Part shown: positions 16,586 to 29,898 of the stretch, piece by piece
Position numbering within the stretch: the stretch's first letter is position 1
Layout of the letters: each line of letters begins with the position of its first letter
Assembly: GCA_048941285.1 (NCBI GenBank)
Contig: JBHLNS010000030.1
Location: 1 to 43,014, forward strand
Source of the DNA: Promethearchaeota archaeon
GTDB taxonomy: Archaea; Asgardarchaeota; Lokiarchaeia; Sigyniarchaeales; SOKP01
Length of the DNA stretch: 43,014 nt
Direction: 5' to 3'
The notes under the pieces: model-generated
Database searches by the model: none
What the model was told of the DNA's origin: nothing
The model's input: the letters and a program-made list of their open reading frames with translations, nothing else
Position numbers and translations under genes: made by a program

Positions 16586-17715
16586 TTCTTTTCCCAATAA
16601 TTATAAATTCTCCATTTTTTTTTTGTTAATTGTTTTTTATGGTCTGGTATAATATGAATTTCTTTTAAATCTTCAATAGATGAAGAATTTATAATATTAA
16701 TTATATCCTTTAAAAAAAGTATATTCATTTTAGCTCTTGTATTTGCATCAGCCGAGGCATTATGAGGCATAAGAATCATTCTTCTGTTTGGTTGATCAAT
16801 TTTTATCTTTTTTAATCTAGCAAGAGTCTTAGAATCAATAGGTTCTATAGAGTAAACGTCCAAAGCGATATTTAGTTGAATTTCTTTTCTCTCCAACAAA
16901 TTTATTAAGACCTCTAAATCCAAAACACCACCTCGCGCTGTATTTATTAGTAATGAATCTTCTTTCATCAGCTTTAATAAATTTTCGTCGATTAAATTTT
17001 CAGTATTCTTATTAAAAGGTACATGAATGCTGATTATATCTGAATCTCTAACCAAATTCTCAAGATTTTCTCTGAATTCTATTTGAGGATAAATTTTTTC
17101 AAAATCTTTCTGTCGATTTTTATCATTATAAAGGATTTTGATACCCCAAGGATATAATTTTTTTACTACACTCTTTCCTATTTCACCTAATCCTATTATA
17201 CCGAGTTTTTTATCAGTAACTATTGAAGATAAAGATTGATCTAAATCCCATTTATCATCAGAGGTCCATTTTTTATCCCATACATAATTATGAAGATCAA
17301 CTATATTCCTCAAATTTGCCATCATGATTGCTATAGTGTAATCTGCTACTGTTTCATGAAGAATTCCTGGAGTATGAGTAATTATTATATCATCTTTATT
17401 GGTTCTTTGAATATGGTCATAGCCCGCTGTTGATGTGGATATCGCAAAGATTTGTGAAGATTTTAAGTTTTCTGACGATATATCATGGCTTAAATGACAA
17501 CCTAGAATATCTGGATTATAACTTTCCAATTCTTCTTTGATCTGTTCCTTTGTGGGAAATCTCCCATTAAAAACTTTAACTTCCGAAATTTTATCTAATT
17601 GTTGCCATAAATCTATAATTTCTTTTCGTAAAAATTCTGAAATCTTTTTATTGGAACCAATTTCCTTCTCTGAAAAAACGTTAGAGGTGAAATATACTTT
17701 AGGCTTATAAATCAT
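16582..17715 (-). CDS. D-2-hydroxyacid dehydrogenase (glyoxylate reductase-like)
   Basis: AGYDHI, THTPG, GLGEIG, INTARG, ALDV...EP, PHNAS. Likely start ATG 17715 (MIYKPKV) behind GTGGT. Confidence 0.9.
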   Translation of the reverse strand: MIYKPKVYFTSNVFSEKEIGSNKKISEFLRKEIIDLWQQLDKISEVKVFNGRFPTKEQIKEELESYNPDILGCHLSHDISSENLKSSQIFAISTSTAGYDHIQRTNKDDIIITHTPGILHETVADYTIAIMMANLRNIVDLHNYVWDKKWTSDDKWDLDQSLSSIVTDKKLGIIGLGEIGKSVVKKLYPWGIKILYNDKNRQKDFEKIYPQIEFRENLENLVRDSDIISIHVPFNKNTENLIDENLLKLMKEDSLLINTARGGVLDLEVLINLLERKEIQLNIALDVYSIEPIDSKTLARLKKIKIDQPNRRMILMPHNASADANTRAKMNILFLKDIINIINSSSIEDLKEIHIIPDHKKQLTKKKWRIYNYWEKK

Positions 17716-17844
17716 TTTTATAACCACTTTTATTGCCGAATACAATTTTATGATTATATACAAATATTTGTATTTTTGCTATAATCAAGATCTATTAGAG
17801 CTAATTCTAATTAATGAATTGAAAAACTATAATAGTGGTAGAAA

Positions 17845-17970
17845 ATGACTAGAGTGAAATTTCAACAATGTAGAAGAGAGATTATAGAAGGCACAAAAGT
17901 TCAGCATTTTGATTTACAGGAGCCTACTACTATTCACATATTTTGCTCGGAAAAATGTAAATTAAAGTAA
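17845..17970 (+). CDS. 41-aa TRASH/MYM-type zinc-finger microprotein or pseudogene (not in track)
   Basis: MTRVKFQQCRREI...HIFCSEKCKLK-TAA behind GTGGT. FCSxxC motif is present; the first Cys of CxxC appears as Phe (TTT vs TGT). Confidence 0.5.
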   Translation: MTRVKFQQCRREIIEGTKVQHFDLQEPTTIHIFCSEKCKLK

Positions 17971-18011
17971 ATCGATATAAAAGAGAAAGAGAAAAGCCAA
18001 TACTTCAATTA

Positions 18012-18974
18012 TTATCTTTCAATTTTTCCTGGAAGATAATAATCATATTTTTTCCTCAGTAATTTAGTTTTTATAAATCTATCAAATAATCTCATTCTTT
18101 GGTAAAGTACCCATATAAATTTATCAGATTTATAATACTTTTCAACTTCTTCGTATGTTAAAGGTTCTATATTGAACATACTTGCCTCTTCTTTCAAAAA
18201 GGTATTAACAATCTTTATCAACGTTGGAATGAGATCTGATTTCTGTTCTTTAAAGAAATTTGCCACAAGATCTATAATCACTAACCTCCAATCATAGTAT
18301 CTATCAATAAGATCTTGGAGAAAAATTAGTTTTAAGAGCCCTCTTATGAAACTTGGCATACTTTTAGTAAGTAATTCAATTTCCATTGCCTCGACTCCAT
18401 TTTTCCGGTAAAATGGTGGAACTGTATCTATATAAATTAATTGCGAATTCTCATCGATGTTAGGTTTATTAGGATTATAATTAATTACGGCAAAATTTGA
18501 TATTTGCCCATCTAATCCAACATCAAAAGTTCTGTTTTCTTTATTAAAAGTCCAAACCTTTTTCATTTCTCTTAATGCTTTAAGTATCAAAACTCCTGTC
18601 TCGTGCTTTCCGACGTGATGAATTACTTTATTCCCAACTGATTCAGATGGAATCTTTTCTTGTATTGCATAAAAAATGATTTTTCCCTTATCATTTTCAA
18701 ACCAAATAATTTCTAGTAGTGGTGTTTTAATCTTAATTTCTTCATTTAAAAATCTATTATACTCTCGGAAAATATGTTCATGTTTTTTAGCTTGTTCCCG
18801 ACTTTCAAAAATAGGTAGCCTTTTATAAGCATAGTTATGCTCATCATTAACAATTTCAAAGACTAGAGTAATTTCTCCATAACCAAGAATTTTTATGGGC
18901 ACTTTTCCCCTTTCTGGATTAATAGTATCAATTGTCAGTTCTAATTCCTTTAATAAATCAATATTAACATCCAT
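18012..18974 (-). CDS. Protein-kinase-like fold protein (DUF6206-like)
   Basis: LGYGEITLV (Gly loop), AYKR, DGQISN (catalytic loop DxxxxN), YIDT (metal-binding Asp). Confidence 0.65.
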   Translation of the reverse strand: MDVNIDLLKELELTIDTINPERGKVPIKILGYGEITLVFEIVNDEHNYAYKRLPIFESREQAKKHEHIFREYNRFLNEEIKIKTPLLEIIWFENDKGKIIFYAIQEKIPSESVGNKVIHHVGKHETGVLILKALREMKKVWTFNKENRTFDVGLDGQISNFAVINYNPNKPNIDENSQLIYIDTVPPFYRKNGVEAMEIELLTKSMPSFIRGLLKLIFLQDLIDRYYDWRLVIIDLVANFFKEQKSDLIPTLIKIVNTFLKEEASMFNIEPLTYEEVEKYYKSDKFIWVLYQRMRLFDRFIKTKLLRKKYDYYLPGKIER

Positions 18975-19078
18975 ATTATATCACTTTAGAAATTTGCAAT
19001 ATCTCTTATTTTTAATTTTCATTTAATATTATTTAAAAGTATAAACTTTATTCTTTTTCATTTCTTTTTAGAATTTAA

Positions 19079-22270
<3,192 letters not shown>

Positions 22271-22346
22271 TTTGAAAATAACAATATTATTATTTATATA
22301 ATAACTTAAAACTATCATCAAAAACTTATTGTAAATTTTAATCAAT

Positions 22347-23159
22347 ATGGCTCGTCCTTTATGGTTTGTTAAATTATTAAAAAAAGCTTTTCCAAAGGTC
22401 AAGTTTATAGCGAAATTGACGAATTTTCCCATCTTTAACAAAATTTTTGACATTCTCCTTTTTAAAGGGGATAATATAATTTATTTACCTCAAGATAAAA
22501 TCATAAAGATCAATAAAGAAATGGGAGAGATTTATCAAATAGCGCTCCCTTCTCAAGTGCTGGAATACTTTATCGATAAAGCTAAACATCATTGGATTAT
22601 GGACTTTTGTATTTGTAGAACAAGTATGGAATGTAAAGATTATCCTGCTGGATTAGGCTGCCTATTCCTTGGAAATGCAGTATTAAATATAAATCCTCAA
22701 TTAGGTAGGTTAGTTACGAAAGATCAGGCATTAGATCATTTAAAAAAATGCCGGGATGCGGGTTTAGTACATATGATTGGTAGAAATAGACTAGATGCTC
22801 AATGGCTCGGGGTTAAACCTGGAGAAAAACTCTTAAGCATCTGTAATTGTGATCCTTGCTGTTGCTTATGGCGAGTATCTTCAATTTTAGCTCCAAATAT
22901 AGGATCAAAGATAAAAAAAATGCCAGGGGTGGAAATCCTAGTTAATGATAAATGCATCGGATGTAGAACATGCATAAAAGAATGTTTTGTTAATGCGATA
23001 GAGATTATAAACACCAAAGCTTATATAAACCAAAATTGTAGAGGGTGTGGTCGATGTGTTGATATATGCCCACAAAAAGCTATAGACTTATATATTGAAG
23101 AAGAAAATTATATAGAAAAATCAATTGAAGAAATTGATAATATAATAAATGTGGTTTAA
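22347..23159 (+). CDS. 4Fe-4S ferredoxin-domain protein
   Basis: CICR....C, ICNCDPCCC and two C-terminal CxxCxxCxxxC motifs. Confidence 0.88.
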   Translation: MARPLWFVKLLKKAFPKVKFIAKLTNFPIFNKIFDILLFKGDNIIYLPQDKIIKINKEMGEIYQIALPSQVLEYFIDKAKHHWIMDFCICRTSMECKDYPAGLGCLFLGNAVLNINPQLGRLVTKDQALDHLKKCRDAGLVHMIGRNRLDAQWLGVKPGEKLLSICNCDPCCCLWRVSSILAPNIGSKIKKMPGVEILVNDKCIGCRTCIKECFVNAIEIINTKAYINQNCRGCGRCVDICPQKAIDLYIEEENYIEKSIEEIDNIINVV

Positions 23160-23169
23160 TTCATTAATC

Positions 23170-24618
23170 TTAAGTCGTTTTCTTCCAGAAAAAGTTCTTG
23201 AGTTTCAAATTATCTACTCTAGTTCTTTCTTTTAATGCTGATACTGCTTGCACTGTTTCTTTAATAGAATGAAAAACTGGTATTCTTGCAAGTTCTAATG
23301 ATTCTATGATCATAGAATATTTTGCAACATATGGAACAAAACATACAGTAGGTTTTTTTTTATAAGCAACAATATTGGCTATTCTTCTTCCTATCTGAAA
23401 GGAAATATTTGGAGGATAAGGAAGTAGAAGCAGTATTATGCATTCGATTTTTTCTAAATCTGATAAATATCGAATTACATTTTCAATATCTGTATCTAAT
23501 ACAGATCCTGTTAAATCAATAGGATTATTAAATGAAGCTATCTCTTTAGCGACTGGATTCATAAGATCCTTCAAATCTCTTTTTTCTTTTTGAGAAAATC
23601 GTACTGCATTAAGCCCATACATTTTTAACATGTCACTTGCTAATACAGCATGACCTCCAGAAACTGAAACAATTGCTACATCCCCATTTATTACAACATT
23701 TTTACCAAACGGATTTCTTTTATGTGATAACACATCAAACACCTTTAAACAAGTCAACAATTCTCTTTCTGAATGTGGTTGGATAATGTAGTTTTGTCTT
23801 AAGGCATCATAAATTATTCTAAAATCACCTGCTAAACTTGCTGTATGTGATTGAGTAGCGACTTTTCCTTCTCGGGTTTTCCCTCCAAAGAATACTATCA
23901 CGGTGTCTTCTGATTCTTTTGATAATTGTAAAAATTTTTGTGCCTTTCCCTCTTTAAATCCTTCTAAATAGAAAGCAATGTTAGTTGTTTCAGGATCTAC
24001 TTTACTGAAGTACTCTAATAGTATAGCTTCATCCACAACTGCTCGATTACCAATAGAAACTGCTGTTGATACTCCTATGTTTCTTTCATTAAACTTCACA
24101 AAAAATTGATCCACTAAGACACCTCCGCTCTGACTTATGAGAGCAACAGACCCTTTTGGAGGTCTAGTGATACGTTCTGTAGGTAAAAAAATAGTATCGA
24201 CTAGTGGAGGCGCATAAACTCCAAGACAATTTGGCCCTAAAACTGCAATATCATTCTCTAATGCTATTTTCTCAAGTTCTTCTTGCCTTTTTTTACCTTT
24301 TCCACCAATTTCAGCAAAACCTCCCCCGATTATAACAGCAGTAGGAATATTTAAATCAACACAATCTCTAATGTATCCCAACGTATCATCTGGCCCAACT
24401 GCTATGACGAGTAAATCTGGAATTTCTGGTAGCTTGTCTAACTTTTCATATAGCTCAATTCCCTCAATTTCACCACCACTAGGATAAATTCCATATACTT
24501 TTACATTCATCTCGAATTCATTTTTCAGCAAAACGATTCTACCAGGGCTTAAGGGATTTTTTTTACTTATACCGACAACAGCCATTGATTTAGGCTTGAA
24601 AAGTCTTTCTAAATCCAT
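23170..24618 (-). CDS. acdA: Acyl-CoA synthetase (ADP-forming) alpha subunit
   Basis: LFKPKS.AVVG.S, GGFAE, GPNCLG, SQSG, GN.A, YLEG, phospho-His SHTASLAG, NPIDLTG. Start ATG 24618 or TTG 24627. Confidence 0.9.
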   Translation of the reverse strand: MDLERLFKPKSMAVVGISKKNPLSPGRIVLLKNEFEMNVKVYGIYPSGGEIEGIELYEKLDKLPEIPDLLVIAVGPDDTLGYIRDCVDLNIPTAVIIGGGFAEIGGKGKKRQEELEKIALENDIAVLGPNCLGVYAPPLVDTIFLPTERITRPPKGSVALISQSGGVLVDQFFVKFNERNIGVSTAVSIGNRAVVDEAILLEYFSKVDPETTNIAFYLEGFKEGKAQKFLQLSKESEDTVIVFFGGKTREGKVATQSHTASLAGDFRIIYDALRQNYIIQPHSERELLTCLKVFDVLSHKRNPFGKNVVINGDVAIVSVSGGHAVLASDMLKMYGLNAVRFSQKEKRDLKDLMNPVAKEIASFNNPIDLTGSVLDTDIENVIRYLSDLEKIECIILLLLPYPPNISFQIGRRIANIVAYKKKPTVCFVPYVAKYSMIIESLELARIPVFHSIKETVQAVSALKERTRVDNLKLKNFFWKKTT

Positions 24619-24731
24619 CTTAAACAAAACGTTAATATTGAGTATGTTAGTTAAAGTTTATAAAATATTTATTTTTGTTCTAAATTTTAATTTCAACCGT
24701 AATAATAATTAAAAAAATAAAAATAAGGAAT

Positions 24732-25688
24732 TCAGTTTTTAACAATATCTTTAATGATATTCACAAATGCCCCAACATCTTTGTTGATGTAATAGATATT
24801 CAAAGGATTTTTCCTTTTTAATACCAACATGTAATAAGGTAAATTTTTTTCTTCCAACATTATTGGTTTGAATAAGAAATAATTATCTTTCCTTCTAACA
24901 ACAATCTGATCCTCTTGGTTTTCTAACATCATATTTGAAAAAACATCATTAAGTGTTAGAAAATAAGCAATAGTATCACTCAACATTTTCTTTGAATTAT
25001 CATCTTCAAAAAAAGACCCTAAAATAATAGAATTTTTATCAATAATCATCAATCCTTCACATGCCAATTTCCTCGCAAATTCTTCAACAGTCTTTTGAAT
25101 TAATTCTTTTTTGGGATATAACTCTAGCAAAACCTTAGACATTGCATTAATGATGGTAAATGGATCATATATCGAAGTAACAAAGAAATCTATTTTTTTA
25201 TAATTCAAGGTCTCGATTATTTCTTTCTTTAAATCAATCATTTGTTTGTGAATTTCCTTTTGTACAGATAGGATTAATTTTGGATCATATTTGTGGAAAA
25301 AAATATTGATATAAGGGGAAATCTTCAATTCAATAAATTTATCTACCACATCATAGAGATAACTCAAGGATTCGTGTATTCGAGAAGCATCTAATATGTC
25401 TATAACGTATATTGCAATTTCTGTGTCATCAAAATATTTCCCAGGGTTTCTTAAATAAGAAATTAGATAGCTTTTTTGCCCTCCTAAATCCCATTCGCTA
25501 ATTTCACGACCCAATAATTTAAATTTTCTTCTCTGAGCGCCTCTAGTTGGCTCGATTAGAGCTATAGTTGAGAAATCCCTCTGAAGCGCTAAAATTATAC
25601 TTGTTTTTCCTGCTCCATCCAAACCAGTAAAAAGTATTTTGTGAGTTCTTTCCTCCTCTTCATGAAAAAATTGTATTGACTCTTCCAA
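24732..25688 (-). CDS. Rag/Gtr-like small GTPase with C-terminal roadblock/longin-like domain
   Basis: GLDGAGKT, PT, WDLGGQ, G4 HKYD, G5 TSIYD; C-terminal about 125-aa alpha/beta domain (GLMIIDKNSIILGS). Confidence 0.85.
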   Translation of the reverse strand: MEESIQFFHEEEERTHKILFTGLDGAGKTSIILALQRDFSTIALIEPTRGAQRRKFKLLGREISEWDLGGQKSYLISYLRNPGKYFDDTEIAIYVIDILDASRIHESLSYLYDVVDKFIELKISPYINIFFHKYDPKLILSVQKEIHKQMIDLKKEIIETLNYKKIDFFVTSIYDPFTIINAMSKVLLELYPKKELIQKTVEEFARKLACEGLMIIDKNSIILGSFFEDDNSKKMLSDTIAYFLTLNDVFSNMMLENQEDQIVVRRKDNYFLFKPIMLEEKNLPYYMLVLKRKNPLNIYYINKDVGAFVNIIKDIVKN

Positions 25689-25999
25689 ACGAATTCTACC
25701 TCTATTATACTTAATAAAACAAAATATTATACTATAATGAACCTAAATGCATATTTCGGCCTATTATTATACAGATAATTATGTTATTTAAATCTATTTT
25801 AATAAAATTAAAGCGTTTGCTTATATTAGAAAAGGTTAAAAATATATCAAAAGATGAATTTAATTTTAGGCTATGAACTCTCTTTTAATGATATTTGATT
25901 TCGAGTAAAATCAGTAATAGTTAAAAATTTATTAAGAAATAAAGCGAATTAATATCAAATTATTTTACTATATAACAAAAAATATTTATTGAGATAGTT

Positions 26000-27409
26000 A
26001 TGAATAAAGAGATAAATGAAGGATCTATAAAATTTTCATATAAGAGGGCCGCAAGATATGGAATTGGGCAACTATCAGATATAGCGTCTTATCAAGCGTT
26101 TACATTTCTCACATTTACATTCTATTTTGCTGTTGTTGGTATCGATATTGTTTGGATATCGATAGGTTTTATAATTTGGTCAATTTGGAATAGTTTCAAT
26201 GATACATTTATAGGATATCTTTCAGATAGAACTCACTCTAAATGGGGTCGTCGATTTCCTTGGATAATGATTTCATTATTCCCGCTAGCAATAATAATGA
26301 TTCTATTATTTACTCCACCTTTTATTTGGGGCAATACTATTGTTGTAGCGGATTATATATATTTCCTTTTCATTATTATCATATTCGAGTTCTTTTTTAC
26401 TATGTATGACATCAATTTCACTTCTTTGTATCCCGAAATCTTTCTTACCGAGGAAGAGAGAACTAAAGGAAATAATGTTAGGCAACTATTTGCCATCTTT
26501 GGATTGATTACTGCTTTTATTATGCCCTCAATTTTTATTTCCAGTTATACAAATCCAAGATCAGGGGAATATGCTATGTATGGAATAATTGTTGCATGCA
26601 TAGTTTTTATTGCAGGAATACTCTTTCTAAAATTTTCTCCGAAAGAAAGAATTGAATTTCAAGAAGATTACAAGAAAGCACCGTCATTTTTTAATAATCT
26701 TAAGATTTGTGTTAAAAGTAAAAGTTTTATTAGATATATTCCCGCTGAAATCGCAAATTGGTTCGTTTATGGGATGCTGCCCGTAATTGTGCCCTTATAT
26801 GGAGAATTTGTCTTGGGATTTGTCGAGCCTTTTATGATTTCTTTATTATTAGGGGCAACTTTCTTATCAACGGCTATTTTCATGACTCTTTTATGGAAAC
26901 CATTAGTACGAAAGATCGGGCCAAGAAAATCATGGCTAATATCAATGACAATTTGGATTGCAACTCTCGCTCCATTATTTTTCCTTAATTCTACCATGCC
27001 CTTTTTGGAAATTATTGCATATATTGTTTTTTTCTTGATAGGAATTGGTTTATCTGGTTCTATGTACATTATTGATATAATTATAGCAGATATTGTTGAT
27101 GAAGATGAGGTAAAAACTGGTACACGCAGAGAAGGAGGTTATTACGGTGTAAATATTTTCTTTCAACGATTTGCTACTGTCTTTGTATTTCTTATTATAG
27201 GTCCTGTGTTTTTAATGGCTGACTGGAGAATTTTTACAACAATTAGTATTCCAGAATTTGAACTAAGAAGTTTAATGTTTATTTATCCAGCAATAGCTTT
27301 ATTGATTGCGATTATAGCAATTTTCTTTTACCCATTAGATGGTGAGAGATTAAAACACATAAAAGAACAAAGAGATAAAATACATCAAGAAAAAAAATCA
27401 AAACTATAA
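26000..27409 (+). CDS. MFS transporter, glycoside-pentoside-hexuronide (MelB-like) family
   Basis: W...ND..IG.LSDRT.S.WGRR.PW, ADIVDEDE..TG.RREG.YYG; about 12 TM segments. Confidence 0.92.
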   Translation: MNKEINEGSIKFSYKRAARYGIGQLSDIASYQAFTFLTFTFYFAVVGIDIVWISIGFIIWSIWNSFNDTFIGYLSDRTHSKWGRRFPWIMISLFPLAIIMILLFTPPFIWGNTIVVADYIYFLFIIIIFEFFFTMYDINFTSLYPEIFLTEEERTKGNNVRQLFAIFGLITAFIMPSIFISSYTNPRSGEYAMYGIIVACIVFIAGILFLKFSPKERIEFQEDYKKAPSFFNNLKICVKSKSFIRYIPAEIANWFVYGMLPVIVPLYGEFVLGFVEPFMISLLLGATFLSTAIFMTLLWKPLVRKIGPRKSWLISMTIWIATLAPLFFLNSTMPFLEIIAYIVFFLIGIGLSGSMYIIDIIIADIVDEDEVKTGTRREGGYYGVNIFFQRFATVFVFLIIGPVFLMADWRIFTTISIPEFELRSLMFIYPAIALLIAIIAIFFYPLDGERLKHIKEQRDKIHQEKKSKL

Positions 27410-27423
27410 ACTTTTATCTTTTT

Positions 27424-28731
27424 TTATTTAATTTCCTTTAATTTAGATATGCCATTGCGTATTAAAACTAATATTTCTTTGAGTTCATGTTTTTCCACTA
27501 TTAAGGGTGGTAAAATTTTGAGAGTATCCTTTTTATTATTACAATAATCTAGCAACACTCCTTCTTTTATTATAGAAAGCATTGCTAATTGACTATCCGT
27601 TTCATTATAGAACTCTACACCACACATAAGACCTCTACCCCGAATTTCTTTAATTAAATCAGAAAATTCATTTTTTATTACTTCTAAACCCTCTTGTAAC
27701 AGCTTTCCCATTAGTTTAACATGATCTAAAAATTTTTGATCTGATTGAATTTTTAACATTTCAAGAGCAATAGCACATCCTATATCAGCCCCTCCTGTAG
27801 TTGAAATGTGAATAAATGGATCATCTTTATAAACCGCTTTTTCAATAAATGGCCTATAACTGCATGTAGACAATGGATAAATTCCTGCTGTCATTCCTTT
27901 TCCTAATACCATAAAATCTGGCACCACTTTTTCATTTACATAAAGCCCTCCATCTATAGCCCATAAATGACCTGTTCGACCTAATCCTGCTTGAACTTCA
28001 TCTATTATCATCATAGTGCCTGCATTATCACATATTTCTCTAACCTCTGCGAAATAACCCTCACGAGCAATCAATATACCAGCAGTAGCGGGAATAGTTT
28101 CTAATATCACACAAGCAATATCATCAGTTACCGCTTTTTTCATAGCATCAATATCCCCAAATGGAACTTGTTTAAATCCTGGGACTTGCCAAAGGAATTT
28201 ATCTCTAAATCCAGGATCCCCAGTTGCTAAAGCAAAGCCAGTATGTCCATGATATCCACCTATAGCTGATACACAACCTTTCCGTTTTGTATATGCTCTT
28301 GAAAATTTGATAGCACAATCTATCGACTCCCCGCCTCCAACTCCAAATGTGGTTTTACTGATATCACCTGGTAACAAGTCAGCAAGTTTTTTACCTAAAA
28401 GAGCTCTTTGTTCAGATAAGAGAATATGATCACCAATATCCAATCCTTCTTCCAATGCATCTTTTATTAATTTAAAAATAAGAGGATTCTGATGCCCTAA
28501 GTTATATACACCACCTGAAGTTCGACAATTAAAAAATTCTAAAGGTGGTTCACCAGGTCGCGAGCTCTCCAATGCTCGTAACTTAACTCCCTTTCTCTCT
28601 CCTGGAATAACTCCTAAGCCAAGACTTTTAAAAAATCGAACTTTAGGGCCATTAACATATTTATTATAAAGCTTGAGTAATTCCTTTTGAGGTAGAGTCC
28701 CAATAAATTTTCTTGAAGTTTTCTCTTTCAT
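27424..28731 (-). CDS. Class III PLP-dependent aminotransferase (putrescine/ornithine aminotransferase-like)
   Basis: NLGH, GGESID.A.K, YHG, IIDEVQAGLGRTG, LGKG, STTGG, RGRGLM. Confidence 0.92.
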   Translation of the reverse strand: MKEKTSRKFIGTLPQKELLKLYNKYVNGPKVRFFKSLGLGVIPGERKGVKLRALESSRPGEPPLEFFNCRTSGGVYNLGHQNPLIFKLIKDALEEGLDIGDHILLSEQRALLGKKLADLLPGDISKTTFGVGGGESIDCAIKFSRAYTKRKGCVSAIGGYHGHTGFALATGDPGFRDKFLWQVPGFKQVPFGDIDAMKKAVTDDIACVILETIPATAGILIAREGYFAEVREICDNAGTMMIIDEVQAGLGRTGHLWAIDGGLYVNEKVVPDFMVLGKGMTAGIYPLSTCSYRPFIEKAVYKDDPFIHISTTGGADIGCAIALEMLKIQSDQKFLDHVKLMGKLLQEGLEVIKNEFSDLIKEIRGRGLMCGVEFYNETDSQLAMLSIIKEGVLLDYCNNKKDTLKILPPLIVEKHELKEILVLIRNGISKLKEIK

Positions 28732-28866
28732 AATTTATCTAAGAACTCATTATTTATTAAAAATTGGAAGATATTAAATATTTAAATTAAATAAATTGTT
28801 ATGAAATTAAAAAAGAAAAAGTTAAAATAAAAAATCGTAAATTTTATCTTCTTAGTAAGCTATTAG

Positions 28867-29703
28867 TTAAAATTCATATCCACATTTTTTACAAACGTGT
28901 TTTTTTGCGTACATTGGGATATGACCAACGTATGAGAGCACTTTAGTCTTATCTTCTGTGACTTTTATATTTGATCCGACTGCCCCACACATAGGACAAG
29001 TAATTCTTTCATCACTTGCAAAACCTCCGGCACCGATTTCTGGGGGTTTCAATTCTTCCAACTCAGATTCAACTTCATGGAGATGTGCTGCAGTGGATTC
29101 TAATGATTGTTCTTTTTCAGTAATTTTATCGCTTAATTCCTGAATTTTCGCATCTTTTTGCATGAGAGTGTTATTTAATTCAGTTAGTTGTGAATTTAAT
29201 TGAGTAATTTCCCCTTGAGCAGTTGTTAGTTTAGAAGTTAACTCTTCCACTTGAGCAGCTTTTTTATTTGCCTCTTTAAGTTGTTCTTCTAAAGCAGTAG
29301 TCTTTTCTAATTCTGAGGTTAATTCGTTAATTTGTGCTTCGCTATTAGCTAAGCTATTTTCTAAATCCTCATTTTTAGATTTATATTCTGCTAACTCTGT
29401 TTTAAGATTATTATTTTCATTGGTTAAATCCCGGATTACATCTTGATCTTCAGTTTTAGTTTTTTGAAGGTCAGAACTAGTATCTGTTAATTTGCTTTTT
29501 GTTTGTTCAAGCTTACTATGAGTCTCGTCTAGTTCATTCATACTATTTGCAAGTTTATCTTTAGTTTGAGCTAAATCACTTTTAGTATCAGAAAGTTGTT
29601 TTTCAAGATCATTTACTTTCGATCTTAGATCCAATAGGAATCTTCCTTCAACAGACAATTTTTTGTCTGGTTTTGCTTCTGCCTTTGCCCAGTCAATTGA
29701 CAA
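28867..29703 (-). CDS. Long coiled-coil protein with C-terminal zinc ribbon
   Basis: Heptad repeats LSDTKSD/LAQTKDK/LEQTKSK etc.; CPMCG...CKKCG. Start probably TTG 29703 behind GAGGT (track uses 29712). Confidence 0.8.
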   Translation of the reverse strand: MSIDWAKAEAKPDKKLSVEGRFLLDLRSKVNDLEKQLSDTKSDLAQTKDKLANSMNELDETHSKLEQTKSKLTDTSSDLQKTKTEDQDVIRDLTNENNNLKTELAEYKSKNEDLENSLANSEAQINELTSELEKTTALEEQLKEANKKAAQVEELTSKLTTAQGEITQLNSQLTELNNTLMQKDAKIQELSDKITEKEQSLESTAAHLHEVESELEELKPPEIGAGGFASDERITCPMCGAVGSNIKVTEDKTKVLSYVGHIPMYAKKHVCKKCGYEF

Positions 29704-29898
29704 TTTTGTCAACCTCGATTTATATTTTGTATTGATTTTATGAATTTAATTTATTATTAATATATAAATCATAGTGTATTAAGTTTTTAATTATTTTTAC
29801 ATTTAGGTTTCATTTTCCTAAATTAAGTGTTATGATTTAATTATTTTCTAAATTATAATATATTATATAGAAATCAACAAAGAATAGAGATTATTTAG

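Noticed and set aside
29440-29600. CRISPR array or DNA tandem repeat in the 21-nt periodic region
   Set aside because: Periodicity is at the protein heptad level with divergent codons; there are no identical repeats with unique spacers.
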